A stretch of DNA of 64,000 nucleotides from Octopus vulgaris (Eukaryota). The stretch covers positions 57,412,001-57,476,000 of the forward strand of contig OX597825.1 of NCBI GenBank assembly GCA_951406725.2. The letters are read 5' to 3'. Position numbers and translations under genes: made by a program. This document shows, piece by piece, positions 26,372 through 40,625 of the stretch (position 1 is the stretch's first letter; every line of letters begins with the position of its first letter). The notes under the pieces are model-generated. The model worked only from the letters and a program-made list of their open reading frames with translations, did no database searches and was not told the origin of the DNA.

Positions 26372-27241
26372 ACTAACTCACAGCCTGTCACTAAGGTGAT
26401 ACAGAAATTTTGTAATGAACTCAAAGGGTTCTTGTTACACAGACATGAACTTAGTTTTGTAAAGGCCATCTTTTTAAGTCTTGCATTATTTGTTATCTTC
26501 TGCTCTTTTTGCTGAAACAGATGTCCTCCAGTTGTTTCCAATGAACCATAAGTGTCACCATCAATATAATTTCAGGCGTAGCCCTTGATAAAAATAATTC
26601 TGTTATCTTCTTCAGAACACCATGTTCATTATTATCTCTCAATTGCATTTTTGTTCTCGTTGTCTAGTGGTGACTGCGAGGCATTCTTAATCTTTTCTGA
26701 ACAAGGTCAGGATCAATCAACACCCATTCAGATCCTATCCACGATGTATTTGTCATGTCATATGAGACAGAGTTCATTAAAAAATTATCATATTAACACG
26801 TGATCCTTTACACATACAGTAGCACACAATCAACTGTTTATAGAATAATAGTTGCCCTAAATATATACTTAATCAAGTGAAAATATACAAAATGAATACA
26901 TCGACATTTATATATCTATGATATATTTACAGTAAGCAATTTTCACAATGTACGTTATTCATAAGGTTGGTTTCACACTTTACTCTGACACTAATATTTT
27001 CACAGTGCATTTATTAAGTTAATTTGTATTGCTGTCTGCATAAATACATACACATATGCTACAAGGTGGAGCATTTGCTGTTTGATACTGAACATTTTAT
27101 GTATTTCCTCAATTTATTGAGAGACTAGGTGACTATCAGTAAAGTAGCAGACAACTAAACAAGAGACATGAGGTTTATATATTGTTATTGCTGCTGTCTT
27201 GTGTATATGGCAGCTCAAATAACTCAGACAGCTCATGTCAA

Positions 27242-27265
27242 ATGGGAAACCTATTGCACCAAATT
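27242..27265 (+). CDS. Tentative first coding segment of the profilin-like gene (MGNLLHQI)
   Basis: Candidate acceptor cAG at 27211-27213, ATG at 27242, donor GTAAGT at 27266; phase 0 fits the 28179 exon. Confidence 0.3.
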
Positions 27266-27277
27266 GTAAGTAGTTGT

Positions 27278-27425
27278 ACTACCACAGGTTGGTATATTTT
27301 AGCACGTGGTAGCATATTGTACCACATGGTGGTATATACTTCCACAGAGTGGTATATACTACTACCTGCTTGTACATTATACCACATAGGGTAGTATATT
27401 CTGCCACAAGGTGGTATGTGCTACA
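27278..27425. repeat. ~22-bp minisatellite (taccacatggtggtatatact-like)
   Basis: About 6 degenerate units. Confidence 0.75.
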
Positions 27426-28178
27426 ACTGTTAATAGAGGCAACACTGGAATTAATTAGTATCTTGCATTCTTGCTGTATTGGGTTCAATTCGTAAGTTGG
27501 GCAAATCTACTTGAGATAGACTAACACCCTTTCAAAGTATTGGCAGAGTTGATCTGTTGCCTGATTTAACACCTCCCCCCCCCCTGGAAGTTTGATTGTC
27601 TTTAGGGGAGTCCACCCTGTTGCATGTATTCAGGTCAGGTCTCCAGTTTGAAGATACTTCCCTCCTTCCCACCTACCAGTCTCAGAGGCCCTGTAAAGGG
27701 GTCATGGACACTGCTTTTCCTCTTGACTAGAATATTATAAAGAGAAGGGAAGAAAGATCTATTGATTTGGTACAGTAAAAGCTATAGATAAATTGTGGGT
27801 CAGAGGACTTCTGAGATTAGGAAGAAAAGATTACCTTAGATGAATGTTAGGTTTTGATATGACGATCTTAATTAATTGACCAATTTAGGAATATCAAGAT
27901 TGCTGAAGATCAGATGTCAAAGTTCAATGACTTCATTAAAATAGATAACTACACCCTTCAAACGGAAGTTCTGATAAAGTATCCCCTGTTTTGCAGCTTA
28001 TCTGGTTTTGGTTTTGATTAACTAATTATACAAAGGAGCTTTACAATCAACACACATGTTTGCTCTTCTTTTGAACAAATATCCAGCAAGAGATGAATGA
28101 ATATTGCATTTTAAATCACCTTCACTATAAATCATCACTAGTAGGATGATTTGGAATGGTATGATTTTTTTCCTCTAG

Positions 28179-28257
28179 TGTCTCACTCCTTACCAACAAA
28201 TGTTCATATCTCGATGTTCATTTCCTTATTCTATTGCTGTGATGTTGATAAATTATG
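28179..28257 (+). CDS. Tentative internal exon of the profilin-like gene (CLTPYQQMFISRCSFPYSIAVMLINY)
   Basis: tttttttcctctAG acceptor, GTGAGT donor, open frame ending in phase 1, which matches the phase-1 start of exon 41795. Confidence 0.4.
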
Positions 28258-28273
28258 GTGAGTCTGTTAAAGA

Positions 28274-28684
28274 TATAGTGACACCATTTTGGAAATCTTC
28301 AGCACACATGCACAGAGTTGGATTCTTCCGGGTGGCCTGCTGGAAGTTCCCTCCTGTGCATGCACAGAAAACTAGCAGCAGCAAAATTTCCTGCGTATCG
28401 CTCTCTCGAATGCTGACAGTTGAACAGAATGGTCATGTTTTAACAGCTCTCTCAAACTGCCACCTCGTGGCATTGCTACACTATGCTTGAACGGACAGGA
28501 TTTGGCTCACTCTACTTGACCACTGCGACTAGCTCCTAGGCTACCGATTCGCCCTGAAGAAGAATGTATATATTGCGAATCCAGAAATAAAAATATTTAT
28601 GCTGTTGAAGATATTTGGAAGTCTTGGCTTTTCCTTCGATTAATATTTTAATGTAAAAGATGAGAGCTGCACCCATCCAGTGTT
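28274..28684 (+). mobile_element. Solo LTR copy, slightly 3'-truncated
   Basis: Homologous to 18050-18482. Confidence 0.85.
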
Positions 28685-29410
28685 CAAACGAGAATAAAAT
28701 GCATGAAATTAAAAGGATGTTCATAGGGATTACTATGACAGTGGGTTGTAATTTTATTTTCAAATTTTACTTTGTCCCTTATATAGCAATAGAAAATAGA
28801 GCTCTTATTATTATTATGGTATCACTCAGCAGTAGACAGCCTATGATTTGTGGGTACAGACATGATACATGACAAGATATAGACAGAATATAACAGGCCT
28901 TAATTAACATCAATTAAGGTAAAATTTCATATATGCACAGCAAGAATATTCAGGAACCACATGTTGTGACTTGTTGGAATATTATCCATGTGATCAATAA
29001 AATCTGAGCAATTTACAGATGGCAGACAAATAGTGAACAGATGTGAATGGTAGCTAACCTGAACTGACAATGATTAATGATCAGTGACAGCAACACAACA
29101 ACAATCAGTTAATCTTTTACTACTACTACAATTACACCAAGAACAACATTCAAACTCTCTCAATATTTTGTATTTTGTAGTAATGAAAATTTTGTTTTTA
29201 TGGGTGGGGCTTGGTAATCCATAATAATGCTGGTAAATTTAGTTCATCTTTGAACTTACCTGCATTAAGATCTGAAATGTAAGATTTTCTATACCTAGAT
29301 GATGGAGGCTCATCTTATCCAATGTAATACATTTTTTTTTTTTTTTTGGTGTACAAAAAGAATACAAATTTTATTTATCAAAAATTCAAATAGATTTTAA
29401 TTTTTTTCTT

Positions 29411-29564
29411 TGTGGCTGTGTGGTAAGTAGCTTGTTTACCAACCACATGGTTCTGGGTTCAGTCCCACTGCGTGGCACCTTGGGCCAGTGTCTTCTACGA
29501 TAGCCTCGGGCTGACCAAAGCCTTGTGAGTGGATTTGGTAGACGGAAACTGAAAGAAGCCCTTC

Positions 29565-29626
<62 letters not shown>

Positions 29627-29872
29627 ATGTGTGTGTGTGTGGGTGTGTGTGTGCGTGTATATGTTTGTGTGTCTGTGTTTGTCACACCAACATTGCTTGA
29701 CAACCGATGCTGGTGTGTTTACGTCCCTGTCACTTAGCGGTTCGGCAAGAGACACCAATAGAATAAGTACTAAGCTTACAAAGAATAAGTCCTGGGGTCG
29801 ATTTGCTCGACTAAAGGCAGTGCTCCAGCATTGCCAAAATCAAATGACTGAAACAAATAAAAGAATAAAAGA
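29411..29872 (+). mobile_element. SINE family A
   Basis: Near full-length match. Confidence 0.9.
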
Positions 29873-29989
29873 ATATGTATTTGTGAGATTTTATTCACAT
29901 ATTTTCTGGTTTCTAAAGTAAAAATGTTTAAAAGTAGACAAAAGTCAGTGCTAGAAAGGAAAATGAAATAACGTATGTCTTTTTAACTG

Positions 29990-31060
29990 GCGGAAATTAT
30001 TCTATAGAGGAAAGGGATGATATTTAGTAAGAGGTAACCGTACACCAAACTCTTATCACCCAGTCCTTACTCTAGTTACTGTATATTTTTGCCTCTCCTC
30101 TCCACTACTGATTAGATCCCCTACATAGCAGAAACCATCAATCACTTTCAATGAGCCTTCTGAGCAGTTAAAGGACTTCATTTCTTGTTTGTTATTACTG
30201 TTAACAATTCCCACGCATTTGTTACTTATGAAATATTTCCTTTTTGTCAGCCTTTTCATATCTTGCCTCATATCTCATATGTTAAATCTTTACTTTAGAT
30301 ACTTGTTACAGAATTCAAAACCAGTTCCTTTTCTCTATATCAAATATGGACACTTCCTTGTTGGCAGTAGTGTCTTGTTTATTTCTTTTATATGAACTGA
30401 AAGTTTCATTTTTACTTATTTAACATTTTGATCTCCTGATTTTAGACTCTGGTTCTACTTTAAGAATTTTTCCATTCATTCTTTGACTAATCTGGCCATA
30501 AGAACTAAATCATCAGCATACAAGAATCTCCTCAGACAACCAGACCTGAACTTACTCTTTAATGGCCTGAATAAACACAAATGGGAGATGACAATTGTGC
30601 TCTGATGGACCATTCCTGCATATTAAATTTCTCGTTGAAATTGTTAACTTCTATTTTGCTATCTGCACCTCGCTCCAGTTTTCTTTGCTCACTACAGAGT
30701 TTTGTACCATGTCAAAAGCCTTCATGAAGCTAACAAATTCTAGGTTCAGTGATTTGTTCTTGATTAGGAACTTCTGTAGTTGAATCACTAAGAAGTGAGC
30801 ATCAACGATTCCACATCCTGATACAAATCCATCTTAGCTAATCTCTTTCATTATAACTCTTTCTGCTACTCTCAGAATTTGGTCTCTCAGTTTAACACCT
30901 TTATGGTTACTTCTTACTAAATCATCTCCTTTGCTCTTGTAGCAATTCCCCATGTTACTGCCATGCCAGTCAAGGGAGACAACACTTGTCTGCATTACTT
31001 CATTGACTACATGAATATTCAACATGTTTCCTGCTTCACTGAATTCTAGTATTTCAGTGT
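29990..31060 (-). mobile_element. Highly decayed RTE-like LINE RT fragment
   Basis: Minus strand LYADDLVL (~30500-30525), KAFD (~30712), LKVIDGFCYVGD. Confidence 0.7.
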
Positions 31061-31950
31061 CTGTCCAGGTTATATTATGAATAGTCCTTTCTGCCATATG
31101 GTAATCTATCAAGTCCCTCTGTTGAGTCCACATAGGGTAACCTCTCTCTTTTGCCCCAAAGGACAACAGAAAAAGAAGCAAACGAGAGAAAGAAACACAA
31201 AAGGCCTTACCTGTTGACCTTGGCGGAATGAGCAGTCACTCTCAAGAAATAAACACGTCTTTGCTCGCTGCCATCTCTGCTCAAACTGACCACACATGCT
31301 TCCTGCCCACGCATGCCCCATTACTGTGCCTTAGGCCCCTGCAGTCTTAACTTCCGTCTACCTCATCTGCAATCCCCTCCACCAACACCACATAGCGCAT
31401 CACAGCCCATAACACCACTAACACCACAGTTTCCATCTCTCTTTCTCAACTGTCAACATTGGTGAGGGCATGCACATTCCTATCATTACTTTTTGATATT
31501 TTGTGAATGACGTCCTGATTTACAATGATACATTGTCTCAACCTTTATTTTTTTCCCAAGTCATCCTAAAATGTTTTTTACAGGCTGTCTGTTAGCTTTT
31601 ATGGGTTTACTTTACTATTTTATTATCATGTTCCTTTCTGTTTGTCTAATAATTGCACCTTGCTCCATCCATATATCTAGTCTGTGGTTCTCAGTTAGTT
31701 ATCTCACAGAAACACTTGGCTATTCTCTATGCAGTCTTCTATCTTCTCTTCCCTTTCATCTTAGATGTCATCTTGCTCCTCTTGATAATTACGGCAGGAC
31801 TTCATTTTTAGTTTTAATACTTTCCTTTCAGCTTGTTTACTTCTTATCCAAATGACACTAGTTGCTTGTCTACCGAGGCTGAAGTCTATCTGGTTGGAGC
31901 ATTTGCCAGCATTGAAAACGGATGTTACATGATGATGATGATAAATCTAC

Positions 31951-32042
<92 letters not shown>

Positions 32043-32102
32043 ATCTAGCTATATGTGTGTGTGTGTGTGTGTGTACACGTATGTATGTGGGTGTATATGT
32101 AT

Positions 32103-32135
<33 letters not shown>

Positions 32136-32727
32136 CAGTTAGAGTGCACAACAAGTTGAAATGCACTGAAAAATCTCAAAAGAACATGTGACAGACCTAT
32201 GACAATAACTAGCCAAATTTGGTTCTCTGTTAACTTATAGCAATAAAGTGACCAAATATGGTGTTATGTTAACTATTCTATATCTTCTACATATAGAACA
32301 GTATCTATATTCATGAACCTTAATACCTTTGAGTTTTCATACATTCAAGAATTTAGGGTAGATGATTTGTATTTTTTTTTTGTTAGGAGAAAAAATTTAC
32401 TCTTTATAAGATTTTTTTACCTTCAGAAAAGAAAACTTTTAACCCTTTAGTTACCAAATTCCTATTAAAATACATTACCTTCATTTTAATTAATTTTGAA
32501 AATGATGAAGAATTTCAAAAATTAACTTTGTCATTATTAAGCAGGTGTTTGAAACAAATTAATATGACGTTTTGATGTCAGGTTTTAATTTAGCTCACTT
32601 AAATACAGGAAGTTTGTATCATAGAACCAGGGCAGTCTCAGACAGACTGGTATGAAAAGGGTTAAACCTGAGAAACCACATTTTATTTTTAGCTGACCTA
32701 CAAAGGTGATTTACTGAGGGTTATTAT

Positions 32728-34197
32728 TATATTATTAGTCTGTCCATTGCTGTTGATGATCACCAAGGACATCACATGGGAGAAGATGGGCCTGATTAAC
32801 CTGATGTATGCTTGGAAGGCTCTGCTGCAGTTAGGGCACTGGTGGTCTGCTGGAGCTGAAAGCCAGAAATTGGCTCTGGACTTGTGCAGTTCATGTTTTC
32901 TTTGTACCCCCGCAATCCTGTTCTGTTCATAGGAGGTGGTACCTCTGTTGGCACAGCTTCACCAGGCAGAATGGTCTTGAGTTTGTGTTGCCCAGGTATC
33001 AGGGTTGATCTCAAAGCTTTTCAGTGAGGCTATGAGTGCTTTTTCTGTCCATCTTGTGTGTGCTTGCCTTCTGCCAGTTCACTTTAAAAAGTCTCTTGGG
33101 GAATCATGTATCAGGTATTTGAACAAAGTGGCCTGCTTACCTGACTTGTGCTCTTCTCAGCTGTATGTAAATGCTTGACACATCAGTTCAGAAGAGAATC
33201 GTTGTGTCTGGGATCTTGTTTTGTCAGGTGATTTTCAATAGCTTTCTCAGCAGTACATGTGGAAGTGGTTTTACTTTTTAGTGTGGTATTCATAAACAGT
33301 CCAAGTCTTGCCAGTGTACAGTAGCATAGACAGTACAACTGCTTTGTACACCTTCAACTTCATGGCCAGCCTAATGTCTCTCCTCTCCCACACTGATTCA
33401 TATAGCTGCCTGAAGGCTGAACTTTCCTTTGCCATACATGTGTTGATTTCATTGTCAATTTTCATTGGTCTAAAGACTGTTCTACCAAGGTACATGAACT
33501 TATCTATAACCTTCAGGGTTTTCCCTTCAACAGTGATTGGTGGTTCCACATACAACTTCTGTGGGACAGTTTGATGCATGATCTCTGTCATTTGAGTACT
33601 GACTGGGAGGCCAAAGTTGTTACAGACAGAGGAAAAGCAGTTCACACTCTGCTGCATCTGGTCCTCATTAACTACTTCACTCAGCACATGAAAAATAAAC
33701 ATCTGCCAGAGAGTCAGTGTGGCTTCAGAGAAGGCTGTGGAACAATCAACATGATCTTTGCCACACAGGAACTAACCGAAGACCTATACACAATGTTTGT
33801 AGACCTAACCAAAGCCTTTGACATTTAGTCATGAGGGGCTTTGAAAGATCATGGTAAAGTTTTGCTGCTTGGACAAATCCCTCAGCATGGTGTGATGGTT
33901 CCATGATGGCATGCTTGCATGAATATTGGGTAGTGAAGATTCTTTTGATGCATTTCCATTCACTAACAGAGTCAAGCAGGGCTGTATACTCACACCTATA
34001 CTGTTCAGCATGACGTTCTCAGCCATGCTGCCATATGCCTTCTGCAGTGACAATGAAACCAGAATAAGGATCAGATTCAGGACTGATGGCAGACTCTTCA
34101 ACCTTCAGAGGTTACTGGCCAAGACCAAGGTGAAAGAGGACTCAGCATGTGACTTACTGTTTGCAGAAGACTGTGCACTCAATACAGCCACTGAGGC
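32728..34197. mobile_element. RTE/BovB-like LINE with 5' inversion
   Basis: Minus part (about 33685 to 32728): QMQQSVNCFS..DKFMYLG..KLKVYKAVV..tail. Plus part (about 33685-34197): ESQCGFR..FVDLTKAFD..VKQGC..LLFAEDCAL. TSD actgaggSttattat. Confidence 0.9.
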
Positions 34198-34490
34198 TTA
34201 TTATAACAGTTGTTTATACCTCTGTAACTTCTTACCATCAGAGATAATTGGATGCTGAAGTGGGCAGGGTATGAATGAGCTTCCAGTAAAAAGCTACAGG
34301 AAGATTTTCTTTCATAGACACTGATTTCTCACATGTATCATCATAAAATCTTACGAATACTTTATGCTAAAAGCATTGGTTCTCAGCTGAACACAGAAGT
34401 TGAGCAACATTGAACCTAGTTAGTTATTTAAATGGATGATAACATAGGAAACCTTTTTGGTTTTACAAACCAAAGAAGGAGTGACTACAT

Positions 34491-35059
34491 CAGTGGTTCA
34501 CAACCAGGGTTCCTATAATCCCTGATGGTCCATATAAGATTTTGTGGGTCCATGCTTCAAAATATTAAATTGGGGATCCTCAATAGTATTTTAAGGGCTC
34601 CTGGAAAAATTTTGCTTTAGATGTATGTATTGGTATGTATTGCAGGAAACAGCTTGGTTTCTTTTTCTAATGTTTTTCTTAGTTCAACTTACACAATTTA
34701 TGTCTGAAAAACAAAACAATAATTTTGAAAGGAGTTTCTATAAAACTAGTTTTAACCCTTTCGTTACTGTATTTATTTTGAGATGTTCTGTATTTCTTTC
34801 AATTACATTAAATATAACAAAGAATTTAGTAAAATAACTTATTTATCATTAAGCTAGTGTTAGGGACATAAATTATGACTCAGATTTGGTGGAAGATTTT
34901 AAATCAAAACGTATGGAAACAAAACATTTGTACTCAGAGCCAGAGCCGGTTTCAGCCGGGTTGGTAACTAAAGGGTTAAACATCAAATGGCTATGGGGTC
35001 CATGAGAATAAAATAGTACTCAAGGGGATCCATGCATAAAAAGTGGTTGTGAATTACAG
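34491..35059. mobile_element. hAT-type MITE with nested piggyBac-like MITE (34752-34979)
   Basis: cagtggttcacaacc / ggttgtgaattacag TIRs, TSD gactacat/gtctacat; nested TTAACCCTTT...AAAGGGTTAA. Confidence 0.8.
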
Positions 35060-35557
35060 GTCTACATGGACACACAACCTGTTGGAAATAGCAGTCAAAT
35101 CTACCTCAGATCATGTCAAATCACCTTAACCCTTTTGATACCTAATCTACCTTAGACCATTTCTGGTTCAATGATAAAAGACTTCATATTTCAAAGTAAT
35201 GTGAATGAAATTGTTCCACCAAAATTTCATGTTATTTCATATTCCAAACATCAGCTTAATAACAACAAAGTTATTTTACTGAATTCTTCATTATTTTCAT
35301 AATTAATTGTAAAAAATAACCAGTGTATTTTAGCAGAATATGGTAACAAAAGGGTTATCCTTCATCCCTTTTGTTACCAGCCTGTTTAAGACCAACTCTG
35401 GTTTTATTATACAACTAGTTGTTTTAAAGTGTTGTAAATTAAAACCCTCCATGAGAATTTCATGTTAGTTTATGTCCCTAACAGTAGTTAATGACAAAGT
35501 TATTTACAAAATTATTCATTGTTGTTAAAATTTATAGAAACACAAGCAGCCTATTTC

Positions 35558-35771
35558 TTTTCTACTCTAGGCACAAGGCCTGAAATTTCTGGGGAGGGAG
35601 CCAGTCGATTAGATTGACTTTCAGTATATAACTGGTACTTAATTTATCGACCCTAAAAAGATGAAGGGCGAAGTCAACCGTGACAGAATTTGAACTCAGA
35701 ATGTAAAGACAGATGAAACACTGCTAAGCATTTCACCCAGCGTGCTAACGTTTCTGCTAGCTCACCGCCTT
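35558..35771 (-). mobile_element. SINE family B (3' part of chimeric insertion)
   Basis: Family B head at 35770 reading leftward. Confidence 0.85.
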
Positions 35772-36492
35772 ACAATTTCAAATGTTCAAGCAGTGACCAT
35801 TACTTTGTCAAGAGATTGAAAATCTTGAATTGTTATATTCTATCCATTCATCCATCTTTACCACCCACTATTTCAGTGTGTGTGTGTGGGGCATCATAGA
35901 GATAGAGTCCTCAGTCACATCCTTCATAGGATCCAATCAGAAGCAACCATTTTTGCACTTCCTGGCTGGATTCCCAAGTGTGACCACCTGAGAATATAAA
36001 TACTATCCAACCAGCTCAAGCAGTCTATTTCAACAAAGACAAAGTATTAAATAAAAATTGATTAATTGGCTAATTCAGCCCCCGACTGGATTGTTATGGT
36101 TGGATTATCTTTGGTCAGAGATTAACACAATCACTGAAAGTCTAAGGTTAATCAGAAACAACAGCATTAATTAAAAATATCAGATAATAGTATGCTGTTG
36201 ATTCTATTTTAAGCAGAGGTGAAACATAAAATATATTTAAGGAACAAGTAAGGTTGTGTGTCTCTCTCTGAATATTCTCCTGTGATTGCTACCATCAAAC
36301 TGATTGATATGCATTTAAAAATAGGTTCATTTATTTCTAGAATATTCATTTTTGATAAGATTATCAGTTGAAGTGGGTTCAGAGGAGAAAGATAAAATAA
36401 TTATTAATACAGTAATTACTAATAATTATGTGGTTCTGTCATCTCTTTTTGAGAATATGTTTGTGCGTGTACATGTATGTGTGTATGTATGC

Positions 36493-36734
<242 letters not shown>

Positions 36735-37042
36735 CATACAATACCTATATATACATACATGTGTGTGTGTGTATATGTGTGTGTTTGTGAGAGAGGGAGA
36801 GAGGGAGAAAAGGAAAAAGACAACCTATATATTTATTACTCTGTTCAACCTAATCAGTCAGCATTCTCCACGCTTAATCATTTGAATCAGTCTCCCACAC
36901 TTTATACAGAGGTTTTGTACAGATAATATACATTTCTTTAAAACTGTAAGTAAAGACTTTATCCAGCTAATGATACATTTCTACTTTGCTTTTTATATTT
37001 ATTTCAGCACAGCAGCATTTGCTTTTAATTTTACCTGAAAAT

Positions 37043-37256
37043 AAGGTGGCTAGCTGGCAGAATTGTTAGCATGCCAGGTGAAATGCTGAGCACCATTTTG
37101 TCCATCTTTATGTACTTAGTTCAAATTCTGCTGAAGTCAATTTTGCCTTTCATCCTTTCATGGTCGATTAAATAAGTCCTACTTGAGCACTGGGATTGAT
37201 GTAATTGACTTACCTCCTCCCCAGAACTTGATGGCCTTGTGCCAAAATTTGAAACA
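37043..37256 (+). mobile_element. SINE family B with 16-bp TSD
   Basis: aattttacctgaaaat at 37027-37042 and 37257-37272. Confidence 0.9.
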
Positions 37257-37582
37257 AATTTTACCTGAAAATTGAGAAAACTTTAAACTGAACAGTAATA
37301 AAGTAAAGAGTTAACTTTTACTATTGCAGTGTAACAAATTAATTAACTCCTTTGTTTGATTAACTAACTACTTATTATAGCAACATCCTGTCAATTGTTT
37401 CAAAGTAGGTCACTATTTAGTTTGCTTAATGTAACATTTTCCTGCAGCATTCTAATTACGTGTTCATAGTACCAGAGCTGTGACCTCACAATGTGGAGAA
37501 GTAACAGATCAGCCTGGAGAGATTCCCTGATGTCTAAGCTATGCAGCGTGCCAAATAATGTTGCTTAATAGGTCCTTTAGAT

Positions 37583-37892
37583 CAAGGATTCTCAACCATT
37601 TTTTGCCCATGGACCCTTTTGATTGCTATTTTACTCAGGTGGACCCCCATAGCCACGTGATGTTTAGAAAATTCTATTGTATTTTTATAATTAAATATTA
37701 TTACGACTTGTATAAAAATTATAAAATTATTTTGTGTATTGTGGATGTATAACTAATTTATTGTACATAAACTTTACTGGTTTGAAGCACAATTTTTTCA
37801 TGACCCCTGAAAAATTTTCATGAACCCCCAATTTACTATATTGCATCTGTAGACTCCCAAAAACCTAATATGGATCTGGTTGAGAACCCTTG
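37583..37892. mobile_element. hAT-type MITE
   Basis: TIRs caaggattctcaacc / ggttgagaacccttg; degenerate 8-bp TSD ctttagat/atttagag. Confidence 0.75.
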
Positions 37893-38831
37893 ATTTAGAG
37901 AAACTCCATTTTAGCCACATGTATTTGTGACTGCACTTTTTTAAACTTTACTTAACATTCATGACCATAGGTGAGGATATGAATAAAAATTTAATTGAAG
38001 ATAGTGAGTTTAGCTTTTTTACTTCACTCTCCTCTTTTGAGAATTGAATGCTGGAGCTGTCCCATTATTGTGCCATCACCAGAAATTCTAGCATACAATT
38101 CAGCCTCTTGCTTTATATAACTCATGAACATGGCCCATTGCAAGGCAGATTCTTCAAGTAAAGCTTACTGGCTGGAGATGTAGGACTAGATTAGGAATGA
38201 TCTAGTTGGATAGTATCTATAGTCTCAGGTGGTCATACTTGGATTCCAGCCAGGAAGTGCAAAGATGGTTGCTTCTAATTGGACCCTATGATGGAAGTGT
38301 CTGAGGACTCTATCTCTATGATGCCCCGCCACCACTTCTACACACTGAAATAGTGGATGGTAAAGATGGATGAATGGATGGAATACAACAATTCAAGATT
38401 TTCAATCTCTTGACAAAGTAATGTTCACTGCTTGAACATTTGTAATTATTGTTCCCCTGTAAATTTCAAGAAATTTACTTCACACAACTGTTATACATCA
38501 GACATGGCTAGACAAAGACATAGATTAGATGCAGGCATGGCTTAGGTGTAGACCTCAGTGAGATGCAGGCATGAGTTGTGTAACACCTTAGGGCAAGTGT
38601 CTAATATGATACCCCCAGACTGACCTAAGACTTGTGAGTGGATTTGGTAGATGGAAACTTGATGTTTCAGATACTAGTCCTTCTGAGAAAGGACTAGTGT
38701 CTGAAACGTCAAGACTCCCTTTTTTTAAGGATTAAGGTGATATAACATTTGTTAAAACTTGTCCCTCTCCTGTATGTCTTTGTGTATGTGTGTGTGTGTG
38801 TAGTGGGTAGGTAGGTGGGTAGGTAGGTAGG

Positions 38832-38863
<32 letters not shown>

Positions 38864-39268
38864 CAAGCATGTGAGTATGTGTGTATATATATGTTTTTAT
38901 ATGTATATGTATGTATACATACATCTATTTCAATGTACATAAGCATGTATATATAAATATACATTTATGTGTGTGTGTGTATATAAATTCAGGAGATATG
39001 AGATATGAGAGGCGAATATATATTTATTTAACCATATAACTTCCATAGGATTACACCCATTTTGCAATCTTCATGTAGTGTTAATTTCAGTTTGAAAGAA
39101 ATTATGCTTACATGCTTGCATTGATATGTATGCTCAGCATTATACAATACAGTGGTATTTTTACAAATTAATGCAAAGAAAGAAAGTTAGATCATCCGAT
39201 CATCAGAACATCATGGTTATACCAACAATTTAACTCTAAATATGTACACAAAATTTCCTCTTTATATA

Positions 39269-39734
39269 CCGAAAATCCTCGAGTATAGACCACCCTTGAG
39301 TATAATATGCAGGGGATTTTTAGGCAGCTGTACCTCTGAAAAACCTAAACCTTGTGTATAATACGCACCCCTTCTCTAACTTGAGTCATGTGTAATTAAG
39401 CCAGCAGCACCCAGTCAAACAAACACTTCCGTGCATGCGTAATGCAATAATGATGATGTTTTTAACTGTTATATGGGAATGTAAATATGTTTGCAAATTG
39501 TTTTTGTTACATGTTATTCTGTGTTCTGAATACTTTTTATTTTAATAAATGTTGCTTACTGCAAGTTATGGATGATTCTTTTATGACTTCATTGCTTTCA
39601 TTGTATTTTCACGCCCGACATCAGACATTACTTAGAAAATATTTTTCACTTTTAACCTCGTATATAGTATGCACTAGGGATTTTGACCTTTAAATTTTAG
39701 GAAAAAAATGCGGATTATACTCGAGGATATACGG
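39269..39734. mobile_element. Tc1/pogo-type MITE, TA TSD
   Basis: ta|ccgaaaatcctcgagtata ... tatactcgaggatatacgg|ta. Confidence 0.8.
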
Positions 39735-40414
39735 TACATAAGTATATGGAAGGAAGGCTGAAACTGAGATGCTTTCAAAAAAATCTCATACTACTCATTT
39801 ATATATATATAGATTCAGATAAATATGGTGCTTAAGTTGAGGCACCAGAATTTAGTATGGTATTATCCATACAGTTTCAAAGTAAGGTGATTAAAATCAA
39901 AATAAGTAACCTTGTAGCTTATTTTGATTTTAATCACACACACACACACACACACACACATAGGTGCATGTATGGATGTATTGATACTGAAATTGATTTG
40001 TAATCACATGTTTCCAGATTCTATATTTTATTCCCTTGTGTGATTCTTTGAGCAAGTGTTTTCAACTGTAGTCTTAGGCTGACCAATCCCTCTTTGTGAG
40101 TGGGCTGGAAGCCCAACGTGTATATATTTATGAATTTATGTATTTATGTATATGCATGCATGTATGGTTTGCATATTTTGTATGATTATATTCCATGTGT
40201 GTTAGTATGATGCAGTTTGAGTGAAAGAGCATTGATGCTGTATTTATATTCCCTGTAAGCGATACATCCTGTAGCGCTGCCTTTTAACCATTGCAATAAA
40301 AATGCATTGAAAAATTATGGTGGGGGGTGGGTAGCAACAGAAAGAATAACCAGCTGTAAAATTCTGCCTCAATAAGTCTTGCTACAACCTGCACCATCAA
40401 GGAAAGTGGATGTG

Positions 40415-40625
40415 AAAATGATGATGATGATGATGATAATGATGACAATAATAATGATAATGATGATGTCACTACTACTACAGCTGCTGCTGCTGCTGGT
40501 GTTGATGATGACAGTGATGTTGATGATGGCAATGATGATGAGAATGATGATGACAATGATGGCGATGAAGATGACAATGACAACGGCAATGACAATGATG
40601 AGGATAACGAGAATGATGAAGATAC
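40415..40625. repeat. Degenerate (ATG)n low-complexity tract
   Basis: Directly visible. Confidence 0.85.

Noticed and set aside
25940-26770. Possible decayed transposase on the minus strand
   Set aside because: Coding-like composition but no motif I could assign.
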